Notes under the pieces: model-generated | Told to the model about the DNA's origin: nothing | Databases searched by the model: none | Seen by the model: only the letters and a program-made list of their open reading frames with translations | Made by a program: the position numbers and the translations under genes | In this document: in pieces, positions 20,159-32,192 of the stretch | Layout: each line of letters opens with the position of its first letter | How positions within the stretch are numbered: position 1 is the stretch's first letter | NCBI GenBank assembly: GCA_042408215.1 | Contig: JAYFMW010000006.1 | Span: 64,001 to 128,000, forward strand | Source: Microcoleus sp. | GTDB taxonomy: Bacteria > Cyanobacteriota > Cyanobacteriia > Cyanobacteriales > Microcoleaceae | Length of the DNA stretch: 64,000 nt | Reading direction: 5' to 3'

Positions 20159-20679
20159 AATTTGATTGTGAAATTAAGTTTGTAATAATGACTTCTGCCC
20201 TTTCTTAAAGCTTTTAGTTACTCAGGACTAAAGTCCTTACTACAAACCAGTTTGATTGTGAATAATTAACCCACATTCCGCACCACCCAACTGGCACATA
20301 CACTGCAAGAGCGGCTCGAAGTCGATCGGGAGAGACAGTATTTAACCCAAATTAGCAGCAGACAATCGACAGCCAAACCAGATATTAATTAGACCCGTTC
20401 TACTGAGAACTCTAGCTCTAGCCGTATATTTAAAGTTCAAGCATAACTGGAATTAGATGCTAGACTGACTATTGTCTCTCCTGATTCATTAGTAAATTTT
20501 GATGTTTCTGTGGATGAACGATCGCAAGACTGATCCCGAAATTGCTAATTTCTGAGGTTGTTCTCCTCAGATAACAGCCTATCTAGCCAAAAACACAGGG
20601 ATGCAGTTGAGAACCCTGGCCGAACAGCGCGATCGGGTCCGCCCCATTGTCTTGGTAAAGCTGGATGCCATTCACCATT

Positions 20680-20850
20680 AGTTGCATCAGGGACTTCCCT
20701 CCCATCAAAGCAGCGAAGTCAGCAAGATATCCCCGATCGGCCCGCTGCGTTTCCGGCGATCGCCCGTGCAGCCAGATATTTTTCAGCTTCGCATCTGATT
20801 CAACCTGAACTAATGGCAATGTTGAGTTTAGGGTTGATTTAGGCACTATG
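20680..20850 (-). pseudogene. N-terminal fragment of a tyrosine recombinase/integrase (SAM-like domain)
   Basis: VESDAKLKNIWLHGRSPETQRADRGYLADF resembles the WLHGRS..TQRAY N-terminus of cyanobacterial integrases. No catalytic domain follows. Confidence 0.5.
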
Positions 20851-20969
20851 CACTCTACATGATTAGGACTTACGCATAGATCCCCCAAACCCCTTGACAA
20901 AGGGGCTTTCAAGTGGCCCCCTTTTTGAAGCGGTTCCCCCTTTTTGAAGCGGTTCCCCCCTGGTTAAGG

Positions 20970-22606
20970 CTACCCTGTACACACAAGTCCGAAATCTGTG
21001 AATACAATTCCTGAAACCCAAGTCTCGCAGGAATCTCAGAAAGGAAGCCGATCAAAAATAGCCTGAAAACCCGCTCGACTTTAGTCCAGGGATGAAAGGC
21101 AGAAGTAGACTAAAGTCTACCACTGAGAGCTTTGCCAAATGTGGTAAAATCAATTAACGCAGGTGAAACAAAGTGTACGCAGTACAAAAAGACTGATGGC
21201 ATTTAACGGGACTCGACAAGACCATAGTTGAGCAACTGCTCAGATGGTCAAATAACCTGTTCTATGTGGGGACTTACGAGAATCGGCAACGATACTTTAA
21301 GGACAAAAGCGCGATTAAATATCCAGATTTGTACAAAATAGCTAAAACTCACGAAAATTAGGGATGGCTCTACTCGCAAGTCGCTCAGCAATCTCTCAAA
21401 TCTGTCGCAGAATCTTTGAGATATTTCCGAGCATTATCCAAGTTAGCCCTCAAGGGAGAACTTAATCAAAAGCCGAGACTGCCAAGGTACAGAAATAAAG
21501 GGGAATGTACCCTGTTTCTTACCCTGGTCAAGCTCTAAAATTGGTGGGTAATAAAGTCATGTTGCCTCTGGGAAACAAAGGAAAAGAACATTTTGGCACG
21601 GATGCAATTTGGGTTCCGTTACCCGAACGTCTCCAAGGGATAGAGATTAAAGAAATCAGGTTAATCCCTAGAAATGGTAAGGTCTGGGTTGAGTATGTAC
21701 AGGAATCTATCACCTAAATTGCGCGTAGTTGTAGTTGGGAAGTGACGGTCATTTTGGGAATCGATAATGGCATCAATAACTGGTTAACCTGTGTGTCCAG
21801 CGGTAAACCTTTGAGTATTGACTGTCACAAATTAAAATCTTGGAATCAACAGTTTAACAAGGAAAGGGCGAGAATTAAACCCGAACACGCACGGCATAAA
21901 CTACCTCAAGGTTGCTAGTCAAAAAGATTGCAGCAGTTGTCTGAAACTCGCGCACTGAGAATGAGAGATGCAGTCAATAAAGCAGTGGGAAACATAGTTC
22001 AATATTGCGAAGATTACCAAATTAATGTAGTTGTATTTGGCGGTCAAAAATGGCAAAAACAGGAAGTAAATATGGGGGGGCAAGAACCATCATAATTTTG
22101 TGCATATTCCTACAGCTAAAGTGAAAGAACGGTTGACTCAAGAATGCGAATTAAGGGGTTGGCGATTTATCGAGCAAGACGAGTCTTATACCTCGAAAAG
22201 TAGTTGTTTATACCGAGACTTTCTGCCAGTAAAGGTCGGTGAAAAACCCGACAATTGGCAACTGTCAGGTAAACGAATCAAGGGAGGTTTGTAGCGCTCG
22301 CTTCACTGGCTTGCTAATCAATGCAGACGCTAATGGTGCCACTAATATCATCAGAAAAGCAAAAGTAGCCACAGACTCAATAATCTCGCTGTGTGGGTAG
22401 TGGGCTATTGACAAACCCTTTAACAATAAAGCTTTGGGCGGATTCATCCCCAAAAATTTTTCCTCAAGAATCCCCGCGTATGCGAGACCGGGGAGTGTCA
22501 ATTTCATGAATTTTAAGTGATTGAGAAGGCAAAACGAGAAATCAAGGTTCTAGGAAACAGGTTTTCTACAATATGGGTCAGCGATCAACTTGTGTGTACA
22601 GGGTAG
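20970..22606. mobile_element. Middle MITE with perfect TIR CTACCCTGTACACACAAGT
   Basis: TIRs at 20970-20988 and 22588-22606. Flanks CTGGTTAAGG / CTTTTTAAGG match at 8 of 10 positions, a likely decayed TSD. Confidence 0.8.
21062..22501 (+). mobile_element. tnpB: IS200/IS605 family element (tnpB only) with a tnpB pseudogene at ~21173-22400
   Basis: Left-end hairpin, LGIDNGINNWLTC, QDESYTSK, INADANGATNIIRK with several stops and frameshifts, and a GGGGAGTGTCAA right end. Confidence 0.88.
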
Positions 22607-22841
22607 CTTTTTAAGGGTGGCTCTGGGGGTCTGGATGGCTCTGGGTTTCAGGCCGTATAGTGCGTAATTCCTGACTATAATTGTATGCTTAGATCACTTC
22701 GTATTGAGGTCAAGACCTACAAGTCAATGGAGGTGTACTCAATATAGAGGGAATCAAGAATTTCCCTAGAGATCGCTTTAAATGATTAAGGGTGAGCGAC
22801 TGTTGTTATTGAAACAATCCAAATACTAAAATCACTCCGCC

Positions 22842-25640
22842 ATGACACTAATCGCAAGTGAGCATCAACCGGCAAAAAGCCCTCAAAAAATCCCCCTGCG
22901 CCTGGTCTTAGTCGTACCATTCGTCCTGCAAATCTTTGCCGCCGTCGGACTGACAGGTTGGCTCTCGCTACGCAACGGCAAAACCGCCGTAAACAACGTT
23001 ACTAGCCAATTACGAACGGAGGTAGTCGCCCGCATCAATCAACAACTAAACACTTACTTGGAAACGCCCCATTTGGTCAATGCTATCAGCGTCGATGCCA
23101 TTCGTCGCTTTGGGTTGTGGAATCCAGAAAATATGAGTTCAATGAGAAGCTACTTCTTCTGGCAACTCAACCAATTTTCCACCGTTAGTTACATCAGTTT
23201 TGGAGGGGAAAGAAAAGAATATGCAGGTGCTGGATATAAGGATGATGGCAGTGTTGTTATTGAAATAACCGATCGATCTACTAATTTTCTCAATACGATC
23301 GTCACCGTAGATAGAGAGGGTAACCAGACTCAGTTTAAGGAAACTCACCCAGACTACGATCCTCGCATTCGACCCTGGTATAAAGCCGCACAAGTTGCAG
23401 GTAAACCCCAATGGAATAAAATTTATCAATATTATATTCAACCCAGCCTAGGAATCTCCGCGAGCCAACCAGTTTACGATAAAAATGGCACTTTTCGAGG
23501 GGTGGTCAGTACCGATCTGTTTCTCTCGAAAATCGGCGATTTTCTCCAAAGTTTAAAAATTGGTAGATCGGGAAAGACTTTTATCATAGAACACTCTGGT
23601 TTGCTAGTGGCTTCTTCCACCGCAGAAAAGCCATTTATTAACATAAAAAATAGCCAAAAAACGCAAAGATTAAAAGCGATTCAAAGTAGCGTACCTTTGA
23701 TCAAGGGTACAGCGCAGCATTTAAGAGAACGCTTTGGTAACTTCACCGAAATTGACAGCAACCAGCAACTAGACTTCATCCTAGATGGTCAGCGGGAATT
23801 CGTGCAAGTATCCCCATTCCAAGATGGTCGAGGTCTTGATTGGCTGATTGTTGTAGTCGTTCCAGAAGCCGACTTTATGGAGCAAATCAATGCTAATACC
23901 CGCAGCACTATCCTACTCTGCGTTTTAGCGTTAGTGCTAGCGACGTTGTTAGGAATCCTCGCCTCTCGCTGGATTACCCATCCTATTTTTCTTTTGAGTC
24001 AAGCGAGTAGATCAATCGCTAACGGTCAATTAGACCAAAAAGTAGAGGTAAATCCCATAGATGAACTGGGAATTCTCGCTCAATCTTTTAACCAAATGGC
24101 ACAGCAATTGCGCGAGTCTTTTACTGCTTTAGAAAAGACCAACTCAGAGCTAGAAAATCGAGTAGAAGAACGGACAAGTCAGCTAAAGGAGGCAAAAGTT
24201 ACCGCTGATACTGCTAACCAAGCCAAAAGCCAGTTTCTCGCCAACATGAGCCATGAACTCCGCACCCCCCTGAACGGAATTCTAGGATATGCTCAAATTA
24301 TGGAACGCGATCAAAGTACCAGTCCTAAACAAAAAGATGCGATTCAAGTTATTCACCAGTGTGGTTCGCACTTACTCACTCTGATTAACGATATTTTAGA
24401 CCTTTCTAAAATTGAAGCCAGTAAAATGGAACTTTACAGTTCAGCTTTTAATTTTCCTTCTTTTCTGATGGGAGTTGTCGAAATGTGCCGCATCCGAGCT
24501 GAACAAAAAGAAATTACATTTAATTATCAAGTATTAAATCAACTTCCTAACGCAGTCAATGCCGATGAAAAACGACTGCGCCAAGTTTTGATTAACCTTT
24601 TGGGTAATGGGATTAAATTTACCGAAAAAGGGGGTGTTATTTTTCAGGTAGGCGTAATAGGTAAGGGGGAAGAATTTGACCAATTACCACTGATTAAAAT
24701 TCGTTTCCAGATCCAAGATACTGGGGTGGGGATGGCACCCGAACAGTTACAAAAAATATTTTTACCGTTTGAACAAGTCGGAAATAGTCAGCAGAAGGCA
24801 GAAGGCACCGGGTTAGGATTAGCAATCTCACAGAAAATTGTTCAAATGATGGGAGGCGAAATAAAAGTCGAAAGTATACTCGGTCAAGGCAGCATTTTTT
24901 CCCTGGATTTAGAGTTCACTCAATCATCTGAATATATTGAGCAATTTTCTATCAATAAATTCCTCAAGTTAACAGGTTTTAAAGGAAATAAAGATAAAAT
25001 TTTGCTAGTAGACGATCGTTTTTCTAATCGAGGTTTTCTTAAGAATCTTTTAGAACCACTAGGTTTTAAAATTATGGAAGCTTGTAATGGACAAGAGGGT
25101 TTAGATAAAGCTGCGGAGTTTCAACCCGATCTGATTATCACAGACTTAGTGATGCCAGTAATGGATGGATTTGAAATGTCTCGGCGCTTGCGACAATCAC
25201 CAGAATTTAAAGATATAATATTGATAGCATCCAGTGCCAGCGTGTTTGAATTCGATCTGCAAAATAGCCAAGAAGCAGGTTGTAACGAGTTCCTAGCAAA
25301 GCCAATTCAAGTAGAAAAATTGCTAGAAGTATTAAGGATATACTTGCAAATAGAATGGATTTACGACCAACCTGCTGATTTGGCGAACGAACAGCAGGAA
25401 GGTTTCACTAATTTATTAAATGTTCAAAGTCGTGAGCTTGCGATCCCGCCATCAGCAGAGCTGGTAGCGCTGTTTAATGCGGCTCGGATCGGCGATATTG
25501 AAGTTGTTGAACAGGAAGCCAATAGACTCAAGCAGATAGACGGCAACTATCTACCCTTTGCTAATAAACTCTTGGAATTTGCCAAAAATTTTGAAGAAAA
25601 AGAACTACTAGCTTTTGTCAGAAAAAATTTGAGTGAATAA
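22842..25640 (+). CDS. Hybrid sensor histidine kinase (Cache-HAMP-HisKA-HATPase-REC)
   Basis: Two transmembrane helices, YDPRIRPWY Cache motif, [43 protein letters not shown]. Confidence 0.93.
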   Translation: MTLIASEHQPAKSPQKIPLRLVLVVPFVLQIFAAVGLTGWLSLRNGKTAVNNVTSQLRTEVVARINQQLNTYLETPHLVNAISVDAIRRFGLWNPENMSSMRSYFFWQLNQFSTVSYISFGGERKEYAGAGYKDDGSVVIEITDRSTNFLNTIVTVDREGNQTQFKETHPDYDPRIRPWYKAAQVAGKPQWNKIYQYYIQPSLGISASQPVYDKNGTFRGVVSTDLFLSKIGDFLQSLKIGRSGKTFIIEHSGLLVASSTAEKPFINIKNSQKTQRLKAIQSSVPLIKGTAQHLRERFGNFTEIDSNQQLDFILDGQREFVQVSPFQDGRGLDWLIVVVVPEADFMEQINANTRSTILLCVLALVLATLLGILASRWITHPIFLLSQASRSIANGQLDQKVEVNPIDELGILAQSFNQMAQQLRESFTALEKTNSELENRVEERTSQLKEAKVTADTANQAKSQFLANMSHELRTPLNGILGYAQIMERDQSTSPKQKDAIQVIHQCGSHLLTLINDILDLSKIEASKMELYSSAFNFPSFLMGVVEMCRIRAEQKEITFNYQVLNQLPNAVNADEKRLRQVLINLLGNGIKFTEKGGVIFQVGVIGKGEEFDQLPLIKIRFQIQDTGVGMAPEQLQKIFLPFEQVGNSQQKAEGTGLGLAISQKIVQMMGGEIKVESILGQGSIFSLDLEFTQSSEYIEQFSINKFLKLTGFKGNKDKILLVDDRFSNRGFLKNLLEPLGFKIMEACNGQEGLDKAAEFQPDLIITDLVMPVMDGFEMSRRLRQSPEFKDIILIASSASVFEFDLQNSQEAGCNEFLAKPIQVEKLLEVLRIYLQIEWIYDQPADLANEQQEGFTNLLNVQSRELAIPPSAELVALFNAARIGDIEVVEQEANRLKQIDGNYLPFANKLLEFAKNFEEKELLAFVRKNLSE

Positions 25641-27567
25641 AATGCTTAACCAAAACGAAAATGTAATTTTAATTGTTGACGATAGCCCAAATAACCTAAA
25701 ACTTTTGTTCGATTTTTTGAGGAATTCAGGCTTCAAGGTTTTAGTGGCTAAGGATGGGGAAAGTGCGATTGAGAAGCTACAAGAAGTTTCGCCAAATATC
25801 ATATTGTTAGATGTGATGATGCCAGGGATAGATGGGTTTGAAACCTGCTCCCGCTTAAAAGCATCGGTAGCAACGAAAGATATCCCGATAATTTTTATGA
25901 CAGCTCTTACCGATCGCGTAGATAAGGTTAAAGGTCTGTCAATGGGGGCAGTAGATTATATTACTAAACCCTTTCAGCAAGAAGAAGTCCTAGCCCGCGT
26001 GCAACTACACCTGGGAATGCGAAATTTGACCAAGACTTTGGAAGAACAAAATAGGCTTTTTAAACAGGAAATTGAAGCCCGAAAAGAGGCGGAATCTGCC
26101 CTAAAGAAACTTACTTTTGAGTTAGAAGAACGGGTGGCTGCTCAAACGAATGAACTTCAACAAACCGTTAACCAGCTTCAACAGGCTCAAGTTGGGTTGT
26201 TGCAAAGGGAAGAAAAATTAGGACATGATGCTTTTCACGACTCACTAACGGATTTGCCTAACCGCGCTTGGTTTATGAATCGGCTGCAACAGGTGATCGA
26301 CTTGTCGCACAGACGTGAAGATTATCTATATGCGGTGTTATTTATTGATCTAGATCGCTTTAAAGTAGTCAATGATAGCCTCGGACATTTGGTTGGGGAT
26401 GAATTACTAAAAAGCGTTGCTCGTCAACTGCAAGTTTGTTTACGCCACACAGATTCAGTTGCGCGGTTTGGAGGAGATGAATTTGTGATCTTGCTGGAAG
26501 ATATTCAAGATATTGATGAACCAAATAGGGTGGCTGAACGCATCCAAAATCAATTAAGGCAGCCGTTTAATTTGAATGATTATGAAGTATTTACCGAGAT
26601 CAGCATTGGAATTATCCTTAGCACAATGGGTTACGATCGCCCAGAAGACGTTCTCAGAGATGCGGATATTGCAATGTATTATGCTAAAGCTCAAGGTAGA
26701 GGGCGTTACGAAATTTTCGATCCCGCGATGCAAACTGTGGCGATGTCGCGCTTGCAGTTGGAGAACGACTTGAGAAGGGCGATCGCACAACAAGAATTTT
26801 GCGTTCACTACCAGCCCATTGTCTCCCTTTCTACAGGCCAAGTGAGTGGCTTTGAAGCTTTGGTGCGCTGGCATCACCCATCTGGCATTACCTACCCGCC
26901 TACCGAGTTTATCCCCGTGGCTGAAGAAACGGGTTTAATCAATGAACTGGGGTTGTGGGTTTTGCGCGAAGCTTGTCACCAGATCAGTATTTGGCAGCAA
27001 CAGTTTCCCCAAACACCTCCCTTGGCAATTAGTGTCAATCTTTCCGCCGTGCAGCTTAAGCAAGTAAACCTACTCAATCGAATTGAGGAGATTTTGCAGC
27101 AGACTGGCTTTCCCAACTACTGTCTAAAACTAGAGATTACTGAAAGTTGCATTTTAGAAACCGTATCCAGGGAAGAAAAGATGTTAAAGCAGCTAAAAGC
27201 TCTAGGTATCCAGTTGTGTATCGACGATTTTGGCACGGGCTACTCTTCTTTAAGCCGCTTACACGAGTTTCCCATTGATACCTTAAAGATTGACCGCTCT
27301 TTTGTCAGCCGCATTGGGGCAGACAACAGTGGCGTAGAAATTATCCAGACGATCATAACACTGGCTCGCAGCCGAGGTATGGATATCGTAGCAGAAGGCA
27401 TAGAAACGCGAATACAGCTAAAGAAACTACGAGAGTTGGGGTGTGAGTTTGGACAGGGATATTTATTTTCTAAGGCTGTAGACAGCAAAAAGGCAACCGA
27501 ACTATTAGGGCTAAAAGTAGGGGTAGTAAGCTGGTCTCCCATCTATAGCAACCGCCAAGGCTGTTAA
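25633..27567 (+). CDS. Response regulator with diguanylate cyclase and phosphodiesterase domains (REC-GGDEF-EAL)
   Basis: LLDVMMPGIDG, ARFGGDEF, GFEALVRW, IDDFGTGYSSL. Overlaps the kinase stop; the start may be ATG 25642. Confidence 0.94.
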   Translation: MNKMLNQNENVILIVDDSPNNLKLLFDFLRNSGFKVLVAKDGESAIEKLQEVSPNIILLDVMMPGIDGFETCSRLKASVATKDIPIIFMTALTDRVDKVKGLSMGAVDYITKPFQQEEVLARVQLHLGMRNLTKTLEEQNRLFKQEIEARKEAESALKKLTFELEERVAAQTNELQQTVNQLQQAQVGLLQREEKLGHDAFHDSLTDLPNRAWFMNRLQQVIDLSHRREDYLYAVLFIDLDRFKVVNDSLGHLVGDELLKSVARQLQVCLRHTDSVARFGGDEFVILLEDIQDIDEPNRVAERIQNQLRQPFNLNDYEVFTEISIGIILSTMGYDRPEDVLRDADIAMYYAKAQGRGRYEIFDPAMQTVAMSRLQLENDLRRAIAQQEFCVHYQPIVSLSTGQVSGFEALVRWHHPSGITYPPTEFIPVAEETGLINELGLWVLREACHQISIWQQQFPQTPPLAISVNLSAVQLKQVNLLNRIEEILQQTGFPNYCLKLEITESCILETVSREEKMLKQLKALGIQLCIDDFGTGYSSLSRLHEFPIDTLKIDRSFVSRIGADNSGVEIIQTIITLARSRGMDIVAEGIETRIQLKKLRELGCEFGQGYLFSKAVDSKKATELLGLKVGVVSWSPIYSNRQGC

Positions 27568-27583
27568 GGCGCTTTGGCGGTTG

Positions 27584-27979
27584 CTATACTACAAAGTCTG
27601 GACACAGAGGAACGAAGCCTTTGAGCTGTTTTGGTGTCAAGGCCTCCCAGCGTTCTCGACTCACCCAGGAAGCATTTGGAAAAAGGATTGCACCGTTAGG
27701 AAGGATGAATCCTCCCGAAAAGTCAAAGCCTTCTCCTAAATCTTCGGGTGTTTCGCACCAGTTGCCGAGTTTCCCGCTGATACTGAGGTTGCGGCTACTG
27801 GATTCTCTTCCTGTGGGTGGATTTAGTATTAATTCTCCTTGTGTGGTTCTCTCTAATCTCAAGTCTGGATTTGCCAATGCTAGGGTCTCGAATTGCTCGC
27901 AACTGACAAGCAGCCCGATCGAATTTGGCAATTCTATAGATATGGTGTCTGGTTGAGTAAATGTTTTTACCATCTTCAA
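27584..27979 (-). pseudogene. Uma2 family endonuclease, 3'-truncated
   Basis: NPDLRLERT..GEL, GFILPNGA, LCPDFVV, then a stop exactly at a palindromic repeat. Confidence 0.8.
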
Positions 27980-28075
27980 TTCCAGTTTTTTTTAGATTGA
28001 ACTCGGCCACAAAAAAAGTTAAAGTTTAATGGTTCTTACATATTGTACCAATACCGATCGAGGACTCTCGCACGG

Positions 28076-28320
28076 GGTGGGGCGGGTTTACGAGATTATC
28101 GGTTTTAGGCAATTCTTGTTGGTGAAACCCACCCCTACAAATTTTTGACAATGGTGCAATATATCAGTGGGGGCGGGTTTACGAGATTATCGGTTTTAGG
28201 CAATTCTTGTTGGTGAAACCCGCCCCTACAAATTTTTGACAATGGTGCAATATATCAGTGGGGGCGGGTTTACGAGATTATCGGTTTTAGGCAATTCTTG
28301 TTGGTGAAACCCGCCCCTAC
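28076..28320. repeat. 91-bp tandem repeat of a REP-like unit (~2.7 copies)
   Basis: GGCGGGTTTACGAGATTATCGG...GAAACCCGCCCCTAC starts at 28081, 28172 and 28263. Confidence 0.9.
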
Positions 28321-28323
28321 TTT

Positions 28324-29772
28324 TTACAATTGTCCGAAACCTTTTTTTGGCTTATCTTTTTTCTTTTTCTTCTTCTGTTGGGCTCCCATATAGCCGCGGG
28401 CACCGGGCTGCATTCCGGGGCCGCCCATTCCTGGCATTCCGGGCATTCCGGGCATTCCTCCCATACCGGCGAAGTTGCCTTGACTCATTTGCTGCATCAT
28501 GGTACGCATTTTCTGGAAGTCGCTCACCAGCTTTGTTACGTCGTTTTCTGCGTAGCCTGCGCCTTTGCCGATGCGACGGCGGCGGGATGGAGAACTTGCT
28601 AAAAGTTCGGGATTGCGACGTTCTTCAACTGTCATGGAATTAATCATGGCTTCGGTGCGTTTTAACTGCACTTCTCCTTGCCGCATTTGTTCGTCTGACA
28701 GTTTGTTCATCCCCGGTATCATTTTCATGATGCCGCCGAGGGAACCCATGTTTTTTAGCAGTCTGGTTTGTTTGAGAAAGTCGGTAAAGTCAAACTTTGC
28801 CGTGAGCATTTTCTCTTGCATTTTTTCGGCGTCGGCGATGTCGAATTCTTCTTGCGCTTTTTCTACTAGCGTTAAGACATCGCCCATGCCGAGTATTCTC
28901 GATGCCATGCGATCGGGATAAAATGGTTGCAAGGCTTCGACTTTTTCGCCGATTCCGACAAATTTAATCGGGGCACCGGATATTTGCCGCACGGATAAGG
29001 CTGCACCGCCGCGACTGTCGCCATCTAATTTGGTTAAGATTGCGCCGGTAATGCCGATTTGTTCGTGAAATGTGCGGGTTAAATTTGCTGCTTCTTGGCC
29101 GGTCATGGCATCAACAACTAACAGTGTTTCGTGGGGTTGTACTGTTTGTTTGATGCGGGCCAATTCTGCCATCATGTCTTGGTCGATTTGCAGTCGGCCT
29201 GCTGTATCGACGATGATGGTATCGACGCCTAGTTGTTTGCCGTATTCGATGCCTTGGCGGGCTATTTCTACGGGGTCAATGTCTTTGCCTAATTCAAATA
29301 CTGGTACGTCGATTTGTTTGCCGAGGGTGAGCAATTGGTCGATCGCCGCTGGTCGATAAATGTCGGTTGCGACTAGCAGTGCGGTACGATTTTGTTTGCG
29401 GAGGTGGAGTGCTAGTTTGGCGGTAGCTGTGGTTTTCCCGGTTCCTTGCAAACCGGCCATCAGGATGACTGTGGGCCCGGATTCGGCGGTGGCGAGGGGT
29501 ACGTTGGTTTCCCCCATGACACGCACGAGTTCGTCGTGGACGATTTTGATGAATTGTTGGTCGGGACGGACGCCTGAAACGACTTCTGCGCCTTGTGCTT
29601 TTGCCGCTACCTCTGAGATGAAGTTTTTGACGACTTGGAGGTTGACATCGGCTTCCAGGAGGGCGCGGCGGACTTCTTTGAGCGCGTCTTGGATGTTGGA
29701 CTCGGAGATTTTATTTTGTCCGCGCAGTTTTTTCCAGGTGGATTCGAGTCGATCGGCAAGGGCTTCAAACAT
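28324..29772 (-). CDS. ffh: Signal recognition particle protein
   Basis: ALLEADV, GLQGTGKTT, DTAGR, TKLDGDSRGGAALS, Met-rich M domain. Confidence 0.98.
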   Translation of the reverse strand: MFEALADRLESTWKKLRGQNKISESNIQDALKEVRRALLEADVNLQVVKNFISEVAAKAQGAEVVSGVRPDQQFIKIVHDELVRVMGETNVPLATAESGPTVILMAGLQGTGKTTATAKLALHLRKQNRTALLVATDIYRPAAIDQLLTLGKQIDVPVFELGKDIDPVEIARQGIEYGKQLGVDTIIVDTAGRLQIDQDMMAELARIKQTVQPHETLLVVDAMTGQEAANLTRTFHEQIGITGAILTKLDGDSRGGAALSVRQISGAPIKFVGIGEKVEALQPFYPDRMASRILGMGDVLTLVEKAQEEFDIADAEKMQEKMLTAKFDFTDFLKQTRLLKNMGSLGGIMKMIPGMNKLSDEQMRQGEVQLKRTEAMINSMTVEERRNPELLASSPSRRRRIGKGAGYAENDVTKLVSDFQKMRTMMQQMSQGNFAGMGGMPGMPGMPGMGGPGMQPGARGYMGAQQKKKKKKDKPKKGFGQL

Positions 29773-30019
29773 AGGGCTTTGTTGGCTAGTCAGTCTTTTT
29801 AATTTTAAGGCTAAATGCGGGAGTTTGGATTAATGTTTTGCTAAAAGTTGGATTTTTTTATTTTTTAACCGCTGATGAACGCGGATTGACGCTGATGGAT
29901 TTGGATGTTTTGAAGTTATAGCCGAATTGTCAATCAAGGATTTTCTCTTAGGGTGGGGGCGGGTTTATTTAACTTGTCTGCAATTAGTTTGATTTATTGG
30001 TGAACCCGCCCCTACAGGT

Positions 30020-31506
30020 TTATTGACATTGGTGCAAGGTATGATTTTTTATGTATTCTGCGATGGCTGGTTGGACTGTGAAGAGGGTTCGATCGCCTTT
30101 TTGGACTTTTTCGATCAATAACCTCCGTCTCAAGGATTCGACGGCTTTGAGGAAGTCTGAAGGGGATAATTCGAGAAGGGCTGGCTTTTTGGAGATTTCG
30201 ACTGCTTTGATTTGATTGGCAAACCAGGACATGACTTGTTTTTCGGAGTCTGACAAGCGCTGAAAATGTTGGTGCAATAAATATTCTAAGTCTCCTAAAA
30301 CTAAGCTATCATAGGATAAAAATTCCGAAATATTGCCGCTAAACAAGTCTTGAATCGCAGCGGCTACGGTATTTAACCACAAGGGATTTCCTCGGTAAAT
30401 GTCTATCAATTTTGACCAGTTTTCCGATTCAATTAAACCTTTTTCTGTGAATATTTCTCGCGCGGATTCGCCTAAACCATTGAGTTGCAATGTTTGACAA
30501 TTTTTCGGGTGGCTTTCTAATGCTGCAATTTCTCTGGGTTTTTCCCAACTAATCAAAATTAAGCAACTGTTGTGACATGATTCTGCTATTTGTTTGAAGA
30601 AAGTGCCATAATTTTCATAGCCTGGTTTGTAGTTTCCTGCTAGTTGTTTGCTGCTGAAAATTGTTTGTACGTCATCGAGTACGATCAGACAGCGATGCGA
30701 TCGTAAATGGTGGATTACCCCCCCCAGCCCCCCCTTGCTAAGGGGGGGAGAAAGACGAAAGCAGGTTGAATCTCTTCGCCACGCCTGGGAGAAGCAGGCT
30801 GAATCTCTTCGCCCCCCCTTGATAAGGGGGGGTTGGGGGGGTTAGTTTCTTGCTGCTGTGATAGGAATTTAATTATGTCGGTTTGGAGTGTTTGAAGAGG
30901 TGGCGCGTTGTGGAGGCTTCGCCAGATGATGCAGTCGAATTCGTGTTGAATTTGTGGGATTAGTTGGAGTGTCAGGGCGGTTTTGCCAATACCGGATAAG
31001 CCGAGGATGGTGATGAGGCGGGTGCGGCTTGAAATCCAGTTTTTGAGGGTGGAAAGTTCGGATGTGCGATCGCAAAATGTGGAGATTTCTGGTGCGTCGC
31101 CTAAGTCGATGCGGGGCTGTTTTGCTGTTGGTTCGGGGTTTTTGGGTGTTTTGGGCGATCGCACTTTTTCAGGACAAATATTAAGGTTATTATTAACTGT
31201 TATATTCTCGCCTGTTATATTTTCAACAATTGCTGATTGATAATTATAAACTATACCCTTTTCTAATACAGCCCTAAAATTGTTTTTAGTAATATTTTTT
31301 TTCAATGCCTTAGAAAGTGTTTTCCAAAGGTCCGATCCGACATTTCTGACATGACTTGGACTTGAGTAAACTTCTTGAGCAATTTGCGTGTAAGTTGCGT
31401 CTTCTAATGTTCCCCGCAGAATAGCATCTTGCACATAATCTAAATGCTTTCCCGTCTTAGCAAAAATTAGCTCATCTGCCAGTGTCAAAACTTCTGCAAT
31501 ATCCAT
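30020..31506 (-). pseudogene. STAND (NB-ARC-like) ATPase with N-terminal HTH-like domain, split by a frameshift in an inserted repeat
   Basis: Walker A GLSGIGKT in 30715-31506. Walker B CLIVLDD, GNPLWL and LRRRLLIEK lie in another frame from ~30717 to 30020. Confidence 0.8.
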
Positions 31507-31660
31507 AGATTCGGGAAAAGCTGGAGTTTACGCTATTCATTATACCTGACATTTCGTACAATTGTGACATTTTTGATTTTGTCATCTGTCCAAAGTCAGG
31601 ACTTTTCCTACACAGCTCATCCTTTATATTAGTTCATTAAGGTGTTGAGAGGATATTTTT

Positions 31661-32189
31661 ATGAAGCGAGTGCGGTGGCTCAGCGGTTTGTTCCTCGCTG
31701 GGATGTTATGTGTGATGTTGGGGACGGTTGGCGCACAAGTGGCACAGGCCCAGCGGCCAATCCATATACTAGACCTGCAATGTCTTGTTACACGGGGTAC
31801 GCTCGCACTGGTGGCCCAACATGGGTTAGCTTATGTACAGGGCCTACAGACATTTCCATAGGCAGACAACTATATACCAGTATTATGACAGTACGCGATG
31901 CCGGTTGGACTTGTAAACTTCCAGGCGGTCGTGCTTCTCTCCGAATAGAGTATGGAGTTGCGATCGAGATGAGATTTCACCCCCCAAAATAGAGGCTTAT
32001 GTAGATGGAAATCAAGTAGCTTCTCAGGTGGGGAAGCCTGGGAGAATCAATACAATGTTTGCAGATATTAGTAATGGTAAAAGTTTAGCTCTTGAGATTT
32101 CTTGTTCCACAGCAAAAAATTGTGGAAGACCTTATCACTTCTTCAAATTTCAAATTGAGCCGGGGGCAAGCTCTCCTGGGAGTAGATAA
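31661..32189 (+). pseudogene. Secreted hypothetical protein (possibly NPCBM/NEW2-like), two frameshifts
   Basis: Signal peptide ending AQA. Continues as DISIGRQLYTSIM and then IEAYVDGNQV...ISNGKSLALEISC in successive frames. Confidence 0.55.
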
Positions 32190-32192
32190 ATT

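Larger units (their letters stand above)
20864..22673. mobile_element. Outer MITE of a three-level nest (TAGGACTTACGCA / TGCGTAATTCCTG ends)
   Basis: Imperfect 13-bp TIRs at 20864-20876 and 22661-22673. Confidence 0.6.

Noticed and set aside
20268..20660. Possible additional decayed gene
   Set aside because: No frame gave a recognisable protein motif.
28076..28320. Possible CRISPR array
   Set aside because: The 91-bp units repeat in full, with no variable spacers.
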